A DNA stretch of 64,000 bases. It comes from Tubulanus polymorphus. Lineage: Eukaryota > Animalia > Nemertea. Location: contig NC_134035.1 of NCBI RefSeq assembly GCF_964204645.1, positions 2,418,001-2,482,000 of the forward strand, in the 5' to 3' direction. Positions within the stretch are counted from its first letter, which is position 1. Each line of letters starts with the position of its first letter. A model generated the notes under the pieces. That model saw only the letters and a list, made by a program, of their open reading frames with translations. It did not search any database and was not told the origin of the DNA. Positions 27,701 through 39,100 of this stretch are shown here, piece after piece. The translations under genes and the position numbers were made by a program.

Positions 27701-28487
27701 GAAGAAGCGCAGAGATTAGGAGCGAAGGAACGCAAAGCGAAAGGCACCGAGTGGACGCCTCGGTATTTCGAACGAGACCTTGTCACCGGCGACTGGATTT
27801 ATAAATTCGCCGAGTACGTTTGTATTTATTTATTCACCTACTAGATTTGATGAAAGATTTTATTTCAGGATTTAATCATTATGAAAATTGCCAAAACTCT
27901 GATACATTTCATTGTTCAAAGTAGGTAATAAGAATAAGATAGATTAGAAAAAACCCACCGTTTCCAAAATAAAAAATTCGAAAGAAATTAAACATAAAGT
28001 TTATTTGTCAATTATCGAAATCATTAATTTAAAAAGACTCGTTTCTGACTCTCATTCTACATGATAAACAATATTTTTAAAAAGGACACTAGTGTCTAAG
28101 TGTATGCGCTATTCTGCCAAAGTAATAAAACCCGAAGTCTTTTGATTTTGTAGTTCGCGGCCATGGGACCCGATGAATGACGTTCTGCAGTATGAAAATG
28201 ACTACGTCATACAAACGAAAACGCGTCACAAGACGCCGATCGTTCGTGCGTCGAGCATACTGAGCGTCGAAGAGACGAACAGCGTCAAGAAGAAACTACG
28301 TCTGCCGATGGAACGCGCGCGCAGTATTAAACAACGCAATATCAAACACCTGCACACGCTGGGGGCGGAAAGCGGCAGCTCGACGCCCGATCCTGATATC
28401 TGCTCACGAGGAGGAGTTGAATCGGACAGCTCGGATTCGGCCGGTTCGTATTGATTTTAAAATCACTCGATAAATCGGGCTGGTTTC

Positions 28488-28518
<31 letters not shown>

Positions 28519-28815
28519 CATCATCATCATTATCTATTTCTTTCTCTGTTTGTTACAGCGGAAACGCGTGTGAGGCCGGAGAATTCGAGCGTGACGATCG
28601 CGACGTTGCAGAAAGCGCTCGCGCCGTTGATCGAAATTCAAGATCGAAACGCCGAACGTCTGGCGTCGATACAAAGCGTCGTGATGACCATGCGACACAA
28701 ACAAATGGAACATAACGAAAACTCGACGATGATTGGATTGTTACAGCCGCGCGAGTGGCTGCTCATGTTCATATTGTTGATCTCGCAATCGCTGTTGTAC
28801 TGGGCGGCGAAATGA
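13011..28815 (+). CDS. OSBPL8: Oxysterol-binding protein-related protein 8 (ORP5/ORP8 subfamily), multi-exon; N-terminal exon(s) unresolved
   Basis: 13 GT-AG exons with consistent phases: 13011-13199, 16932-17054, 19626-19710, 20052-20249, 21167-21387, 22074-22186, 25203-25383, 25852-26145, 26666-26791, 26911-27011, 27628-27813, 28154-28443, 28559-28815 (2364 nt, 787 aa + stop). The protein has a polybasic segment, a PH domain ([22 protein letters not shown]...[12 protein letters not shown]), an ORD ([40 protein letters not shown] signature) and a C-terminal TM anchor typical of ORP5/8. Confidence 0.95.
13919..14142 (+). repeat. 69-bp tandem repeat, about 3.3 copies
   Basis: ATCAGTCATCTC recurs at 13923, 13992, 14061 and 14130. 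Confidence 0.9.
14135..14245 (-). mobile_element. tRNA-derived SINE remnant
   Basis: A-box-like GGCGAGTGG, B-box GGTTCAAGCCC, then TGTGTCCCTGGGCAAG core-like body; abuts the 69-bp tandem array. Confidence 0.5.
15428..15925 (+). repeat. 38-bp minisatellite, about 13 copies
   Basis: GATGACAGGGTTGTAAGCCGTGCTGTTATTGGTTGATA units. Confidence 0.92.
16550..16800 (+). repeat. Degenerate CAGGGTGGCCAC-terminated repeat family with internal AGGGAA repeats
   Basis: Related fragments at about 12490-12625, 14890-15115, 17189-17350, 21700-21778, 25590-25770 and 52067-52200. Confidence 0.5.
16932..17054 (+). CDS. OSBPL8: OSBPL8 exon (PH domain)
   Basis: tttcag|AGC ... AAG|gtacgt; [41 protein letters not shown]. 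Confidence 0.93.
19223..19456. repeat. Foldback structure: inverted arrays of a ~40-bp unit
   Basis: AGTAGTGACGTTTAGACTCAATCCTTTCTCAAAAC units on the left, reverse-complement units on the right. Confidence 0.8.
19626..19710 (+). CDS. OSBPL8: OSBPL8 exon (PH domain)
   Basis: tttcag|GGA ... GCAG|gtaaat; [28 protein letters not shown]. Confidence 0.92.
20052..20249 (+). CDS. OSBPL8: OSBPL8 exon (end of PH domain)
   Basis: atgcag|GT ... ATAG|gtaatg; [18 protein letters not shown]... Confidence 0.88.
20360..20945 (+). repeat. ~47-bp minisatellite with a 142-bp higher-order unit
   Basis: AGACTGGTCTTAAGTTGTTAGATTGG..AGAACCAC units; ACATAACCAC recurs at 20559, 20701 and 20843. Confidence 0.9.
21167..21387 (+). 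CDS. OSBPL8: OSBPL8 exon (acidic linker, start of ORD)
   Basis: tcacag|GC ... CAG|gtgaac; GEDYKTD...[17 protein letters not shown] (frame not shown in ORF track). Confidence 0.9.
21527..21624 (+). repeat. Direct tandem duplication of about 47 bp
   Basis: AATCTTCATTTCATACGGTTAAGCTTAGATTCCTGAGCTGAAAGTTGA x2. Confidence 0.85.
22074..22186 (+). CDS. OSBPL8: OSBPL8 exon (ORD)
   Basis: tttcag|GTT ... GA|gtaagt; [38 protein letters not shown]. Confidence 0.93.
22650..22690 (+). ncRNA. Minimal type-I hammerhead ribozyme-like motif (Penelope-like element remnant)
   Basis: CAC-CCGATGAA-GCTACTA(tacat)TAGTAGC-GAAA-GC-TC-GTG, followed by AATAAA; preceded by an inverted copy and repeated on - at 22890-22930; core has CCGA rather than CTGA. 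Confidence 0.5.
23404..23443 (-). ncRNA. Minimal type-I hammerhead ribozyme-like motif
   Basis: TTC-CTGAAGAT-GACTAT(taggat)ATAGTC-GAAA-CG-TT-GAA then AATAAA; sits in the loop of an inverted repeat (23343-23388 / 23446-23493). Confidence 0.6.
23845..24134 (+). mobile_element. piggyBac-type MITE
   Basis: TTAA on both flanks; degenerate TIRs CCCTTTCATTGC / GTACTGAAAGGC; related degenerate copy at about 18300-18658. Confidence 0.55.
25203..25383 (+). CDS. OSBPL8: OSBPL8 exon (ORD)
   Basis: tttcag|A ... CAG|gttcgt; ...[22 protein letters not shown]...FYVAEQ. Confidence 0.92.
25394..25518 (+). mobile_element. MITE with CAGTTGCTCAAAAGTTGGTTA-type TIRs
   Basis: TIR pair; copies at about 31869-31992 (+) and 41145-41262 (-). 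Confidence 0.65.
25852..26145 (+). CDS. OSBPL8: OSBPL8 exon (ORD signature ISHHPP)
   Basis: tcgtag|ATC ... AAG|gtgcgc; [10 protein letters not shown]...[12 protein letters not shown]...ELEFKLK. Confidence 0.92.
26666..26791 (+). CDS. OSBPL8: OSBPL8 exon (ORD)
   Basis: tttcag|CCG ... GGG|gtatgt; [42 protein letters not shown]. Confidence 0.9.
26911..27011 (+). CDS. OSBPL8: OSBPL8 exon (ORD)
   Basis: attcag|GAG ... AG|gtaaaa; [33 protein letters not shown]. Confidence 0.9.
27027..27134. mobile_element. Palindromic MITE (CCAGTT..CAGTT / AACTGTG.AACTGG)
   Basis: Hairpin; copy at 36266-36371 and a partial copy near 49345-49395. Confidence 0.6.
27628..27813 (+). CDS. OSBPL8: OSBPL8 exon (ORD C-terminal part)
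   Basis: ttgcag|G ... GA|gtacgt; LWIHVSDAI...[13 protein letters not shown]...WTPRYF...WIYKFA. Confidence 0.92.
28154..28443 (+). CDS. OSBPL8: OSBPL8 exon
   Basis: ttgtag|T ... G|gttcgt; [25 protein letters not shown]... Confidence 0.88.
28559..28815 (+). CDS. OSBPL8: OSBPL8 terminal exon (coiled coil + C-terminal TM anchor)
   Basis: ttacag|CG ... TGA; ends in hydrophobic [16 protein letters not shown] tail anchor. Confidence 0.88.
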
Positions 28816-29623
28816 TCGACGAGACGTTCGAAACGTTCCTCGAAGCGAAACTAGGTCGATGTGATATCCGCGCGATCGTCGGAATAACGGTCGTCGCGTA
28901 GCGATTCGGCGGACAGTTGCGATCGTTGCCGCGGAAACGTTATATCGATTGTTGTATTCGCCGTAAAAAAAAACACGTATCGGTTTGGACGGCGATGACT
29001 TCTAGCGGTCGCGGCAATCTCGGCAATACCGGAGTCACTACGTGTGCGTGCATGTGCGTGTGTGTGTGTTTTTGACCTGCCATTCTTTGTATTAATCATA
29101 ATATTTATGTTTTAAAAGATGGATCGTATGAATTTGTTTATCGAAAATTGGTAAAAAGCTCATTAAAAAAAAAAAAAAACAACCCGGAAATTCACGTAAT
29201 TTATCGCCATTCACGCGCACCTGGATGTGGTTTGCGACCGAATTGTATTTCACATTTTCGAAACGTTTTTCGAGAGTTCCGAAAAAAATATGCGTATATC
29301 AGCGCAATATGTGATGTCAAAATTTCATAGATTTAATGGAAATGCTTTTGGCTGGTTTTTAAAACCCGCTGGAAATCGAGCTTTTCCGTGTTCTAATAAT
29401 CGATAACCACTTCAAAAAAAGCAAAGCTACGTAAGATGCAATATTATGTTACTAGATATATAACTTCTCAACTGCTGAAATATGGAGAAGCTCGGTTCGT
29501 TGTTAAGATTGCCGACTACTCGATGTTGATAAGATACTATGCCAGTTACCACAACTGCCCCGACCTTTTTCTGTCGCCAGTGAAATACCGATTTGATTCA
29601 TTGTACGCAAATTCTGCCGAAAT

Positions 29624-29659
29624 CTGAAGATGAAGTTAAGTCAAAACTTCGAAACAGTC
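29624..29659 (+). ncRNA. Degenerate hammerhead-like motif downstream of the OSBPL8 stop
   Basis: CTGAAGAT-GAAGTT(aagtcaa)AACTTC-GAAAC-A-GTC; stem I not evident. Confidence 0.35.
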
Positions 29660-30807
29660 ACAATGATCTGTTTGTATAATCAACTGTAGGTTTTGCTGAT
29701 TAACTCGAATTGCATTACCTCGATCGTGGCCTCTATCGCTTTACTTCGAACGCGAATCTTAGGTAGATAGTTCAGGTAACCAAAATTCCGTAATAGCAAT
29801 AACAAAATAAATCTCATTTTCTAGTGAGAAAAAACAGTTCATAAAACTTCAATATGTACAGGCCTACAGAAAGTTCGAATGTATTTTTTCAAACTCCAAT
29901 TATGCTGAATGAAGTATCCTATTTATAGATATAAAACACGAAATATGGATGACATTTATCCTACATGCTTGATATCCCCTTGTCAATATGGTTGATGGGA
30001 GTGATTTCATTATATCATTGGCCGCTCGAACAGGCTCGTATTTCATTCTAGTTCGGACTCAGGTACCGACAATAACTGCTTTATCGACATCCTAGGCAAT
30101 GCAACTATGACTACTATTTGAGAGTATTTCGCTGCTCCTAGAAATATCAAAATATTCTCAAAATCAGAATTATTTCTAGTTTATTTTCTATTAAACTACT
30201 ATTTTTGATGTCAAATTACTCTCTCTTTGGTAAGAAGTGCTAGAGATATCAGGAGTCTGGTCTGAACCTTGGAGGCTGATCATGGTTGCAATGCCGGGCA
30301 CCAGTGAATCACTCATTTCACTGCTCAGACGCCTAATGCAATAACTTACACTAGACACTGCCATTAATTCGTAATTCATGGTTTTATTACGTTCGGGACC
30401 ATTTTCTTTTTCCGCTCTTCGTCGAGATGGTTTTAATGTGAACAAATGATTTAGTTTTTCTTTACGTCGTACATATCCGATGATCGATATCTGCTCGAAA
30501 TAAATGTGAAGGCTTTAAAGAGAAACAAACACTCATGCAATCGATGTGAGCGGCTAAGTTTTTTTTTTTAGAAGGAAATGTTTCCAATAATTCCTCGACA
30601 AAAATGGAGATGACGATCTCGTTGAGATGGAAAAAAAATCTATGTACATAACTGATGATGATGATGATTCTGTTTCTGAATGGAATTTTTGTAAAATTGT
30701 CGTCGAATAATCAATGAGAATCGTTTGAAATTGCTTTCGTATTTCATTTGTTCGGTCGAAGAAAGTATTAAACGCAGAATGAAGAATGAATTCGAAAAAT
30801 GATATGC

Positions 30808-30919
30808 AGGGCCTGGTTTTATAGACTGACATTACCTTTAACCCGGAGGCTAACTCAATTGATAATGAATTGAGTTAACCCTCGTGTAAAAGGTAATAGC
30901 AGTCTATAGAACCGGGCCC
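30808..30919. mobile_element. Palindromic MITE, second copy of the 11913 family
   Basis: gggcctggttttatagact...agtctatagaaccgggccc hairpin. Confidence 0.7.
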
Positions 30920-32734
30920 AGGATTTTTCTTGTGTATAGAGAATCAGTGTATGCATGTGTGCATGTGTGTGCGCGAACACTGTCACTGAATATTTATTTG
31001 TGTCCTCCATATAACTCAATATCTATATGGGTATATCGCGGTATCGGCATCTAATTCCTCGATGTTTCGATAATCGTTTGCGTCAAAACAGTTCGAATAT
31101 GAAAACTGTTCTACAATCAGAGTTGCTAGAAAAACAGGCGTTTATTTCGCTGTTCGATGGAGGTATCGAACTGTAACCTGGGTCGTCAGACTCGTTATTT
31201 CTCATAATTTCATATTCGAACTGTACTTAGCGTATTAAGGTTTCCACTAAAAAAGAAAAATGAGCCGATTTCTAGAAAGATATTCTAACCCCACGACTGT
31301 GGACCGGCGCAGTATTTAGATTTGCTCACCCGCAATTCGGGATTTACTACGTGTTCCTTTTCTCTAAATGTATTACGGTAAATAATCTAGTCGTTCAGAA
31401 TCATCTGATGATTAATTAGTAGAACGATGATGGTGATATGAAAACTGCAGTAGGCCTAAGTACAGCCAAACCAGCTTAATCCGGACTTGATTTGCAGTCC
31501 ATTTGTTCATTAATATTCATGTACAAGAAAATGACTTCATTCGGATTTCCTTTAAACCGGTTGAATTTTTTTCATCCCAAATAATCCGTATTAAGCGGGT
31601 TCTACTGTGTATTGCTCAATTCCACAGGAGTCCGTGTTAAAGCACGATACGCGGCCTATGTCTGCAGTCAGCGATGAAGAAGGGGTGCTGTATATTTGGC
31701 CATAATGAATAATGTTTAGGGTAGTGAATTTGTGCCGTATATCCCTTTAACAGTATTTGTAGTTCGTAACCGATAAGAAACGAATGTATGCATCTAGACT
31801 TAGTTCGGTTTTGTATAATACAGAGCAACCTTGTTACAACGAAATTCAGGGCACCGGCAAACAGTTAGAGGCCTGTTGCTCAAAAGTTGGTTAGAGTAAA
31901 CCAGTGGATTGTTGACATAGTGACAATTAAAACTTCATCGTTACTATGGTATTTATCGGCCGGTTATCTTTAACAAACTTATGGCAACTGCAGTTCCTGT
32001 TCGTTATAAAGCCAAATTCTATGTTCGTAATAACCGATTATATCCGTGGTCGTTATAACGAGGTTTCCTATACAACAGACTCAAAGTCGCTCGACCCTAT
32101 CATAGGTTTATATCTCCTATTGAACAGAAGATGGCATTAATTTGACCGATATTTTGTCCGTTGCAGCTGCCATCTTAGGCCTTAAACCATGGGGCCAGTT
32201 TTAAAGATTGGTACTCAATTCATTATCAATTGAGTTAGCCCACGGGTTATAGTTAATACCAGTCTATAACACCGACCAATGCTGGACTCTAAAACGAAAT
32301 TTTCGTTTTCGAGTCCACATAAAATAGCGAACGATCCTTCTCGCCCACTAATACTACTGTCTCCATATTCAACGTACGAGCAATCATCTCTCGAGTTGAG
32401 AGTTCAGATGATTGCTCGCTAATTATCGCGGCGATGATCGGTTTTTTGTTTGTTTGTGTTTTAGTTATTGTTTAATGATACTATTTGTTAACGTTATATC
32501 GATCGGTGATCACCACCAGTACCAGTAAAACTAGAAATGACTAATGATGTTGATGTTTGAATGCTAATGGAGAAGAATATGTAATACTACACTTTGTTTC
32601 GATGAATGATTTAAAATAGATGATGAATAAATTATTTAAATAACATTTAAACACACACCTAGCGTGAGCTGTTGCGTTCTCTTGTCTTTTATTTCACCCG
32701 AGGGGTCATTTTGGTAGCTACCAGCGATCATCTT

Positions 32735-32965
32735 AATCTTGAAATAGGGATTGACCCCCCTGTTATTTATTTGATTGGTAAATTTCGTTTGATTTGTGTT
32801 GATTCGGTGTCCGCTACAAACCCACCACACCTGCCTGGAGTGAAAACAGGGAGTTAGGTTAAAATAGATTGAAATTTGATATCGAAGTACAGATATAGTT
32901 GTGTGATCGGCGGTCGAAATTACAGAATTTGTTTTTCAAATCGAAGTACATATTGATAATTGGAG
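32735..32965 (+). repeat. Dispersed repeat family of about 230 bp
   Basis: Shared core ACAAACCCACCACACCTGCC...ATCGAAGTACAG; copies at about 7660-7800, 39330-39470, 43465-43625 (-), 45380-45575 and 56480-56660 (-). Confidence 0.75.
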
Positions 32966-33372
32966 ATTTCAGTTCGGGTTCAACGGTTGTGGGATGTTAC
33001 CTGCGACTTTCCAGCGCCAAGATGGTGTTGAGATGATCGCTCGTAGCCTTCATGAACTACCAGAACATCTTGGATCTATTAAGGGTCGGTGGCGTAGGGT
33101 TTTTTATGATAATCGGCTGGATGAAAATAAAACCAAGATGTGTAGTTTTTAAAATAGTCCGCGTCAAACTAAGTTTATAGAGGTTCCCATTGAAGAGGCT
33201 ACGTAGAGAAGTCACTGTTCTAGTTTCATAATGGATTAGATGTATTTCTAGCGTAAAAAAAAATCCTGAATTTAATTAACAGTTACTGATAATTTTAGAA
33301 TGAAAACATATTCCAAATAAGAAGCTAGCCGGATATATGATAAGCTTTGAGTCAAAAAAGATATTGTTTAAC

Positions 33373-33741
33373 TTATTTTATACCCGTATTTGGGAAGCCC
33401 CACGCGGCAATCAGACAGTTTATAACGATGCCGGCGATCATGAACAACATTGTGCCTATAGCCGCTAAATTTCCATGGACGCAGACTACGATCGTTAGGA
33501 TGAAGCCGATGAACGTAAGCAGGATGCTGAACAACGCCAAAGCGAACGTGGCGATCCACAACTCCTTTTTGCCGAATTGAACCGCGCAGATGCACAGGAT
33601 GCCGGTAACCAACACGAAAACGAAACACCAAATACCCTCGTCGTACGTGATGCCGGTTACAACACGCTCGATGATTCCGAGAATTAACAGTAACGCCGAA
33701 CACACGCAGTCGCATATACCCAGAATCATAAGCGTGTCCAT
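33373..33741 (-). CDS. Small four-transmembrane protein, paralog A (CD20/MS4A-like topology), 122 aa
   Basis: Single-exon ORF with four hydrophobic helices. Shares ILGICDCV...LL..G..E and K.LWI..FA..FIGFIL motifs with two neighbours. Splice acceptor just upstream of the ATG (exon starts 33749) and a 5'-UTR donor at 34046/34045. Confidence 0.85.
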   Translation of the reverse strand: MDTLMILGICDCVCSALLLILGIIERVVTGITYDEGIWCFVFVLVTGILCICAVQFGKKELWIATFALALFSILLTFIGFILTIVVCVHGNLAAIGTMLFMIAGIVINCLIAAWGFPNTGIK

Positions 33742-35239
33742 CTTTTAATCTGTAACATTAGAAAAAAAAGCTTCATCATCATCAATTAAAAACTACCCAG
33801 CAAAAAGAAAATCAATCATAGATGAGACAATTAATGACGTATAGCTCGACTATCATTTTTAAACAAGGGATGGACTAGATATTCTAAATTCTAAACCGCC
33901 TAGAAAAGACTAATTGAGTGTTATAGGCATCGTGATGGAACCTACGATTTTTTGCAAAAATAATTACGTTTATAAAGCGAGGGTTCGTGATTAATTTTCA
34001 ATAAGTTAGCAGAGAAACACGAGATATGGAAACGAATTAACTTACCGTTAAGAAAACAGTAGCTGGTTAGATATGTGAGGAAGCTTGGTGCAAGTGGAAC
34101 TGCGATTTGATGTTATAACCATCAGTGTTTCAAACTTGTGTTAGATTCGAGCTCTTGGGTTAGTTAGATTTCACTTTAAATCGTTTGAAATACAGCGTGA
34201 GTTGGTGAATTTACATAATAAAGTTATCTTGCTTCACGTATAGCTCAGTAGCATTAACGTCACCACTGAAAGAGTGATCGGGCGTTTAAAGATATGTGTT
34301 CCAGGATTCGACCCACGAACCCTGGATGATTAACTAGGCCAATCACAGGCGCTGAAGTTGCGTAGAATCGTAAACTCCGCGCAATATAAAAAAACTTCTT
34401 TATACGTGAGTTTTTCTCGTATAAGATTCACGTTGAATTTTGCGGAAGCGACTTCACTTTAAACGCTCCATAAATGTCCCTGGCCTAAGTAACAACGCTA
34501 GCGCCGCATATAGCGCTATAGCGATCTAAACTGCTGTCTCATTCCAAAGGAGGCATCGAACCCCTTTCGTGGACAACTCGTACGAACAACCATAAAGTAC
34601 ATTTTCGATATTCTGTACATTGTACGATAGATTTTCAAACAGCAAATGTGTGAATTCACTTTGCGAACCAACAACTCCGTACTTTTTCACTATAGCAATA
34701 TCTTAAGACGGTTAAACCTCTATTCGAGGTAAGCTCGTTTCGCGGACAACCCATGCGCCCATAGAGTTACACCTTCGATATTCTGGCATAATGCATGCGA
34801 AAAGTGGTCAAATACAGTGAAGGTGTGACTAAACTCGGTGAACCTACAGTTCCGTACTTTTTCACTACAGCATATTTTTCAACATTTTCTGTATTCCCTG
34901 GGTTCCCGATCAGTGCATAGATCTGAGATCTGAAGTGTTTTAATCACAGCGATTGACGACATCTTTATAAAATGAAAAGTCTATATTTTTTCACTTTCTC
35001 GTTGGAACTGGTTTTATTTGCACCTGAAAATCCTACATACTGCAAAACGACAATGACGACAGAATCAAATCTGTTATTTTTATGAATAGTTTAAAGCTGT
35101 TTATTACGTGTAAAAGTATAATCATATCAAGGTATAACTGCAGCTATGTATTGCGTTTATAGAATTTTTCTTGCCGAAAGAATTGACATATGCAGTTCTA
35201 TCATGAGGACCTTGACATGTTACGCTTAGTAATTTAAGA

Positions 35240-35475
35240 CAGAATATGACGTAGTTGTGAAAAGATGGGCTCCCGAAAATATCTTTCGATTTATTGTTTA
35301 ATGGAGATAATTCAATATGGGTCGGTATCTTAAGGCTAAAAGATGGTACCTTGTTTTTCCTGATCGGCGGGTCATTTTGTAAACCACAATAGAATTGTAC
35401 AGGGTAGATAGGCGGCCAGCCAGATAAACTTTTAAGCTCAGCAGAAAAGAGAAACAAGGTTTCAATTTTCTAGCC
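35240..35475 (+). repeat. Dispersed repeat, copy shared with about 63585-63820
   Basis: Shared GGGTCATTTTGTAAA...TGTACAGG..AGA.AGGCGGCC...CTCAGCAGA...AGAAACAA; explains the two similar spurious ORFs MFL.SAE.KS. Confidence 0.65.
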
Positions 35476-35699
35476 TAATCTATAGGTAATACCTGTGTCG
35501 ACGACTCTATGACGTGACACGGTTTTCTCTTAATAGCTTAGTAATATAATTTGTTTGTTTGAGAAATGAAGCCATTCATCGTGAATGAATGAGTAGAAAA
35601 TGCGCGATAATAGTTTGAACATCCCAAATATACAAAGTTATAGCTGTGCTTTCATCCATTAATTTTAGTGGATATAGGGCTCTATATTTGTATAGCATT

Positions 35700-36131
35700 T
35701 TAAAGGGCACTAGGCGCCGTCCAAATGGCGGCGAGTATTCCTACAATGATCGACCCGAGTAGATTCAACATATCGACGAAATACAGTCCTAGGAATGTAT
35801 CTCTGTCCTCGGTGCAGGTGTTATCAAGTCCTTTATTAGCGCAGCTTTTTTGGGCAACTTGTGCGAAGTTATAGATACACAATATGAGCCCGATGAACGA
35901 CGTAATGGCCGAAATGATGGCGAACGCGAACGCCGCAATCCAGACCGACTTTTGTCCGACCATCGTCGCCGAAATGACCAGCGCTCCGCAGACGATTACG
36001 ATCAGACCGAAAACGAGCGGCACGTGTACGGGAGATTTACCCAGCGACCACTCGACGATACCGAATATCGCCAGCAAACCGCCGAATACGCAGTCGCAAA
36101 TACCTAAAATGATCAACCGACTTAAACCCAT
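35700..36131 (-). CDS. Small four-transmembrane protein, paralog B (CD20/MS4A-like topology), 143 aa
   Basis: Four TM helices; Cys pair in the TM3-TM4 loop; C-terminal AIWTAPSAL matches paralog C. Acceptor before 36154, candidate 5'-UTR donor at 37497/37496. Confidence 0.87.
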   Translation of the reverse strand: MGLSRLIILGICDCVFGGLLAIFGIVEWSLGKSPVHVPLVFGLIVIVCGALVISATMVGQKSVWIAAFAFAIISAITSFIGLILCIYNFAQVAQKSCANKGLDNTCTEDRDTFLGLYFVDMLNLLGSIIVGILAAIWTAPSAL

Positions 36132-39100
36132 GATGATGTCTTATGTCGTTGAACCTGAAACAAAATACGTTAAACGAATATAGAATGATTCCGATGTTTT
36201 CAGGAGGATAAATTCGGACGTTTTATACGTTCATATATTATCATTTTGATAACTCTGAATAACTCGGGACCCAGTCTCACAGTTGTGAGTTAACTCTGAG
36301 TTAGAATAAGTACATTTTCAATGTTTTAACACAAGAGTCAAATTTTAACTCACAACTGTGAAACTGGATCCTGTATTCTATGAATATTACCCCATAGATA
36401 GAGGAATAATAGTAGATTGAACAGGGCATTGATAATGTACGATATCGGCCTAGATGACAGGGAGGAAAGTAAGAATACTCGAAATCGTTTACAATCATGA
36501 AGTATAAATGCGCGAAAATATAGCAAGACATGAATGTAATAGAGTATAATATATTGGAGTAGTAATTGAATCGGGAAGACAGGTCAATAAGATACACAGT
36601 ATTGAATACGTCCGAATACGTACCGGAACTTAACAAGGGATTCGCTAGTATGATAATGATTTATGTATTCATTTTGTATTTCGTATTTTCTATTTTAATG
36701 TGAATTGTTTACTCGGTAGTGCCCGACACAGGGGCGGGTCCAGTAGTTAGTGCTCTGCTGGTCTGACCCCAGAAAATTTTGAAAATTAGTCTTATTTCGG
36801 AGAGTAAATGAAAGTATGAAAATGAGAGTATGAAATGCTGAGAATAAATTATACGAAGGAAATGCTTTTACTGAGGGAGGGGAGCTCTATCACCTAAAAC
36901 GCCTCCTGGATCCGCGCCTGCTTCATAGCTCGCGACATTGAAATTCTGCGTATTATGAAAATTGTTGGATGAATTTCATCGAATAATTGAATCTGTATAG
37001 ATATACTACTCACCGGTTCGGCAACTTTTACGCGACGATCTTCGACTTGGCAGCCGTTAAATATAGTATAATCGACGACAAACAATTTCGCCGATTTTTT
37101 CCCTAAATCTAAATCTTCTGGTGTAAATCGATTCCACAAAAATGCGCGAAAACGTCTTCATTCTTTTGATTTTCGTTTTAAAAGGAAAACAAAATTTGAA
37201 TATTCTTCCTGATAATCCCTCTTCTTTTTTTCTTTCAATATTTTTCTATCATAAATTTCTTTATTGTTTAGCGTTTTAGGTAATGAATTCTATAAGCCTA
37301 CAGTTTTCTTAGCTATTTTCTTAGATTGAAAATGTTCAAATTCTTCAATTAAAACGTCAATGCGATTTTAGAAAATTATTTCCATGTTGTATATAAGTTA
37401 AGGTGTGAAGTTAAAGATATCAAAGCTTAAGTGAAGCAGCTATTACTGTGGTAAGCGAGGATTAGGAGGAGCCATTGCATTCGTTCTTGCACTTACCGCT
37501 GTTTATAAGTTTTTCCAAATATTCGATGAAATGAAACTATAACGAAATATAAGAATAAAAACCTGAAACATGCGTTTGCGTGTACAATCGTTTTTTGCTT
37601 TCTAGATTGATCTCGATAAAGCTCGAGTTAACGCCATACGGCGAAAAACGTATAACCTGATATACCACCCCACTCGGTGATTCAGGGTTTTATGATAGAC
37701 CTGGGTTTCGACCGTTGAGTTTCGAACGAACTATCTACCTCCCCTTTAAAGAATTAGTTCCGCTCATTTTCAATATTCATTAGAAGATATCAAGCAGAAA
37801 CGTTACACGCTATTATATCATATAAATGCATCTAAATTCTGAAACTTTGAACCTTGAAATATGAAAATATGATGCTCTATGAATGAGTTCCGACGTTACA
37901 ATCATGCGGCGCGTTCTTAAAGAAAAATCTGCTGACGACTTCGAAATTGAAAATCCATTCGTTCATCTATCCTTGAACTGTTCAACTTCTACGCAATGAC
38001 TGTTAGAAAAATTTTAAAACTTTTTTGCTTCGATTAAATTTTTTCGGTTTGTTTTTAGGTTTGATTTGTTTGAGTTATTCTGCTACATTTCCATATTCCC
38101 GTTAGATTCCGTACAAACCTGCATAATGTACTGTATCCGCAAAACTTGATCTTAATGATAATATTAATAATTATTATTCATTCATAGCGTAGAGCTATAA
38201 AATAATCTCCGCGCTTAAGATCCCATTGACAAGATAAAAGATATTTTTTTCAAACAACGAACTACGCAATCAGTGAAAATAGTTTCAAAACAGCGCATCT
38301 AAAAAGATAAGTTTTAACTTCCTGCAGAGCGGCGCCGATGGTGTTGCTGATGGTCGTCAAGCGATACCCGTGACGGGAACATCGTCCTGTAAATAACACC
38401 GCGTACGTCCTACATTCAATCCGATCCCTCCGACACTGCGCAAATAAAATCCAACAAAGCAAAATCGACGATAGGTTCTTTTTTTACGGAAATAACTTTT
38501 ATCGACAAATATCATGAGAAAACTCTTCAGACGGTGTATTACAAAATAGAAACTAAAATATCGTATGGAAGTAAAAAGGAATATGTACGAATATCCAATA
38601 GATCAGTAACGCATATGCCAATCGAAATACAAAATACAATTGAAATTTTTCATTATCGTCCGATAAACTTATCGACTGCATAGAGTACGGATAGGTCGGA
38701 TGGCCACGCAACTATAGTATTCACCTAGATCCTTCACGACGCTGATGGCAACCTCGGAAAATTCGAGATTGCTCGATGGCAATGTTTGCGTCGTGATTCT
38801 TACGATAAATACCGACTGTTTCCTGCTGATCTAGCCTATAGAGTATAGAGAAAACCACGAACATTTCATCTATTCACTAGTAATAAAATGAGAAAGGTTA
38901 ACACCCCGATCCAAAAACCTGTTACGCAAATACGACAATCTGCATAACCGACCAACAGCCAAGTGATCTAGTTCTTTTGTAACAGCCTGTACAAGGTTGA
39001 ACCCCTAAAAATTGTAACAAAACGTTATATTGTTTTAAGGTTAGGCCTACGTCGGATGCCAAAGAAAAGTCTCGGGTAAAGGGGTTAATTTGCATATTTT

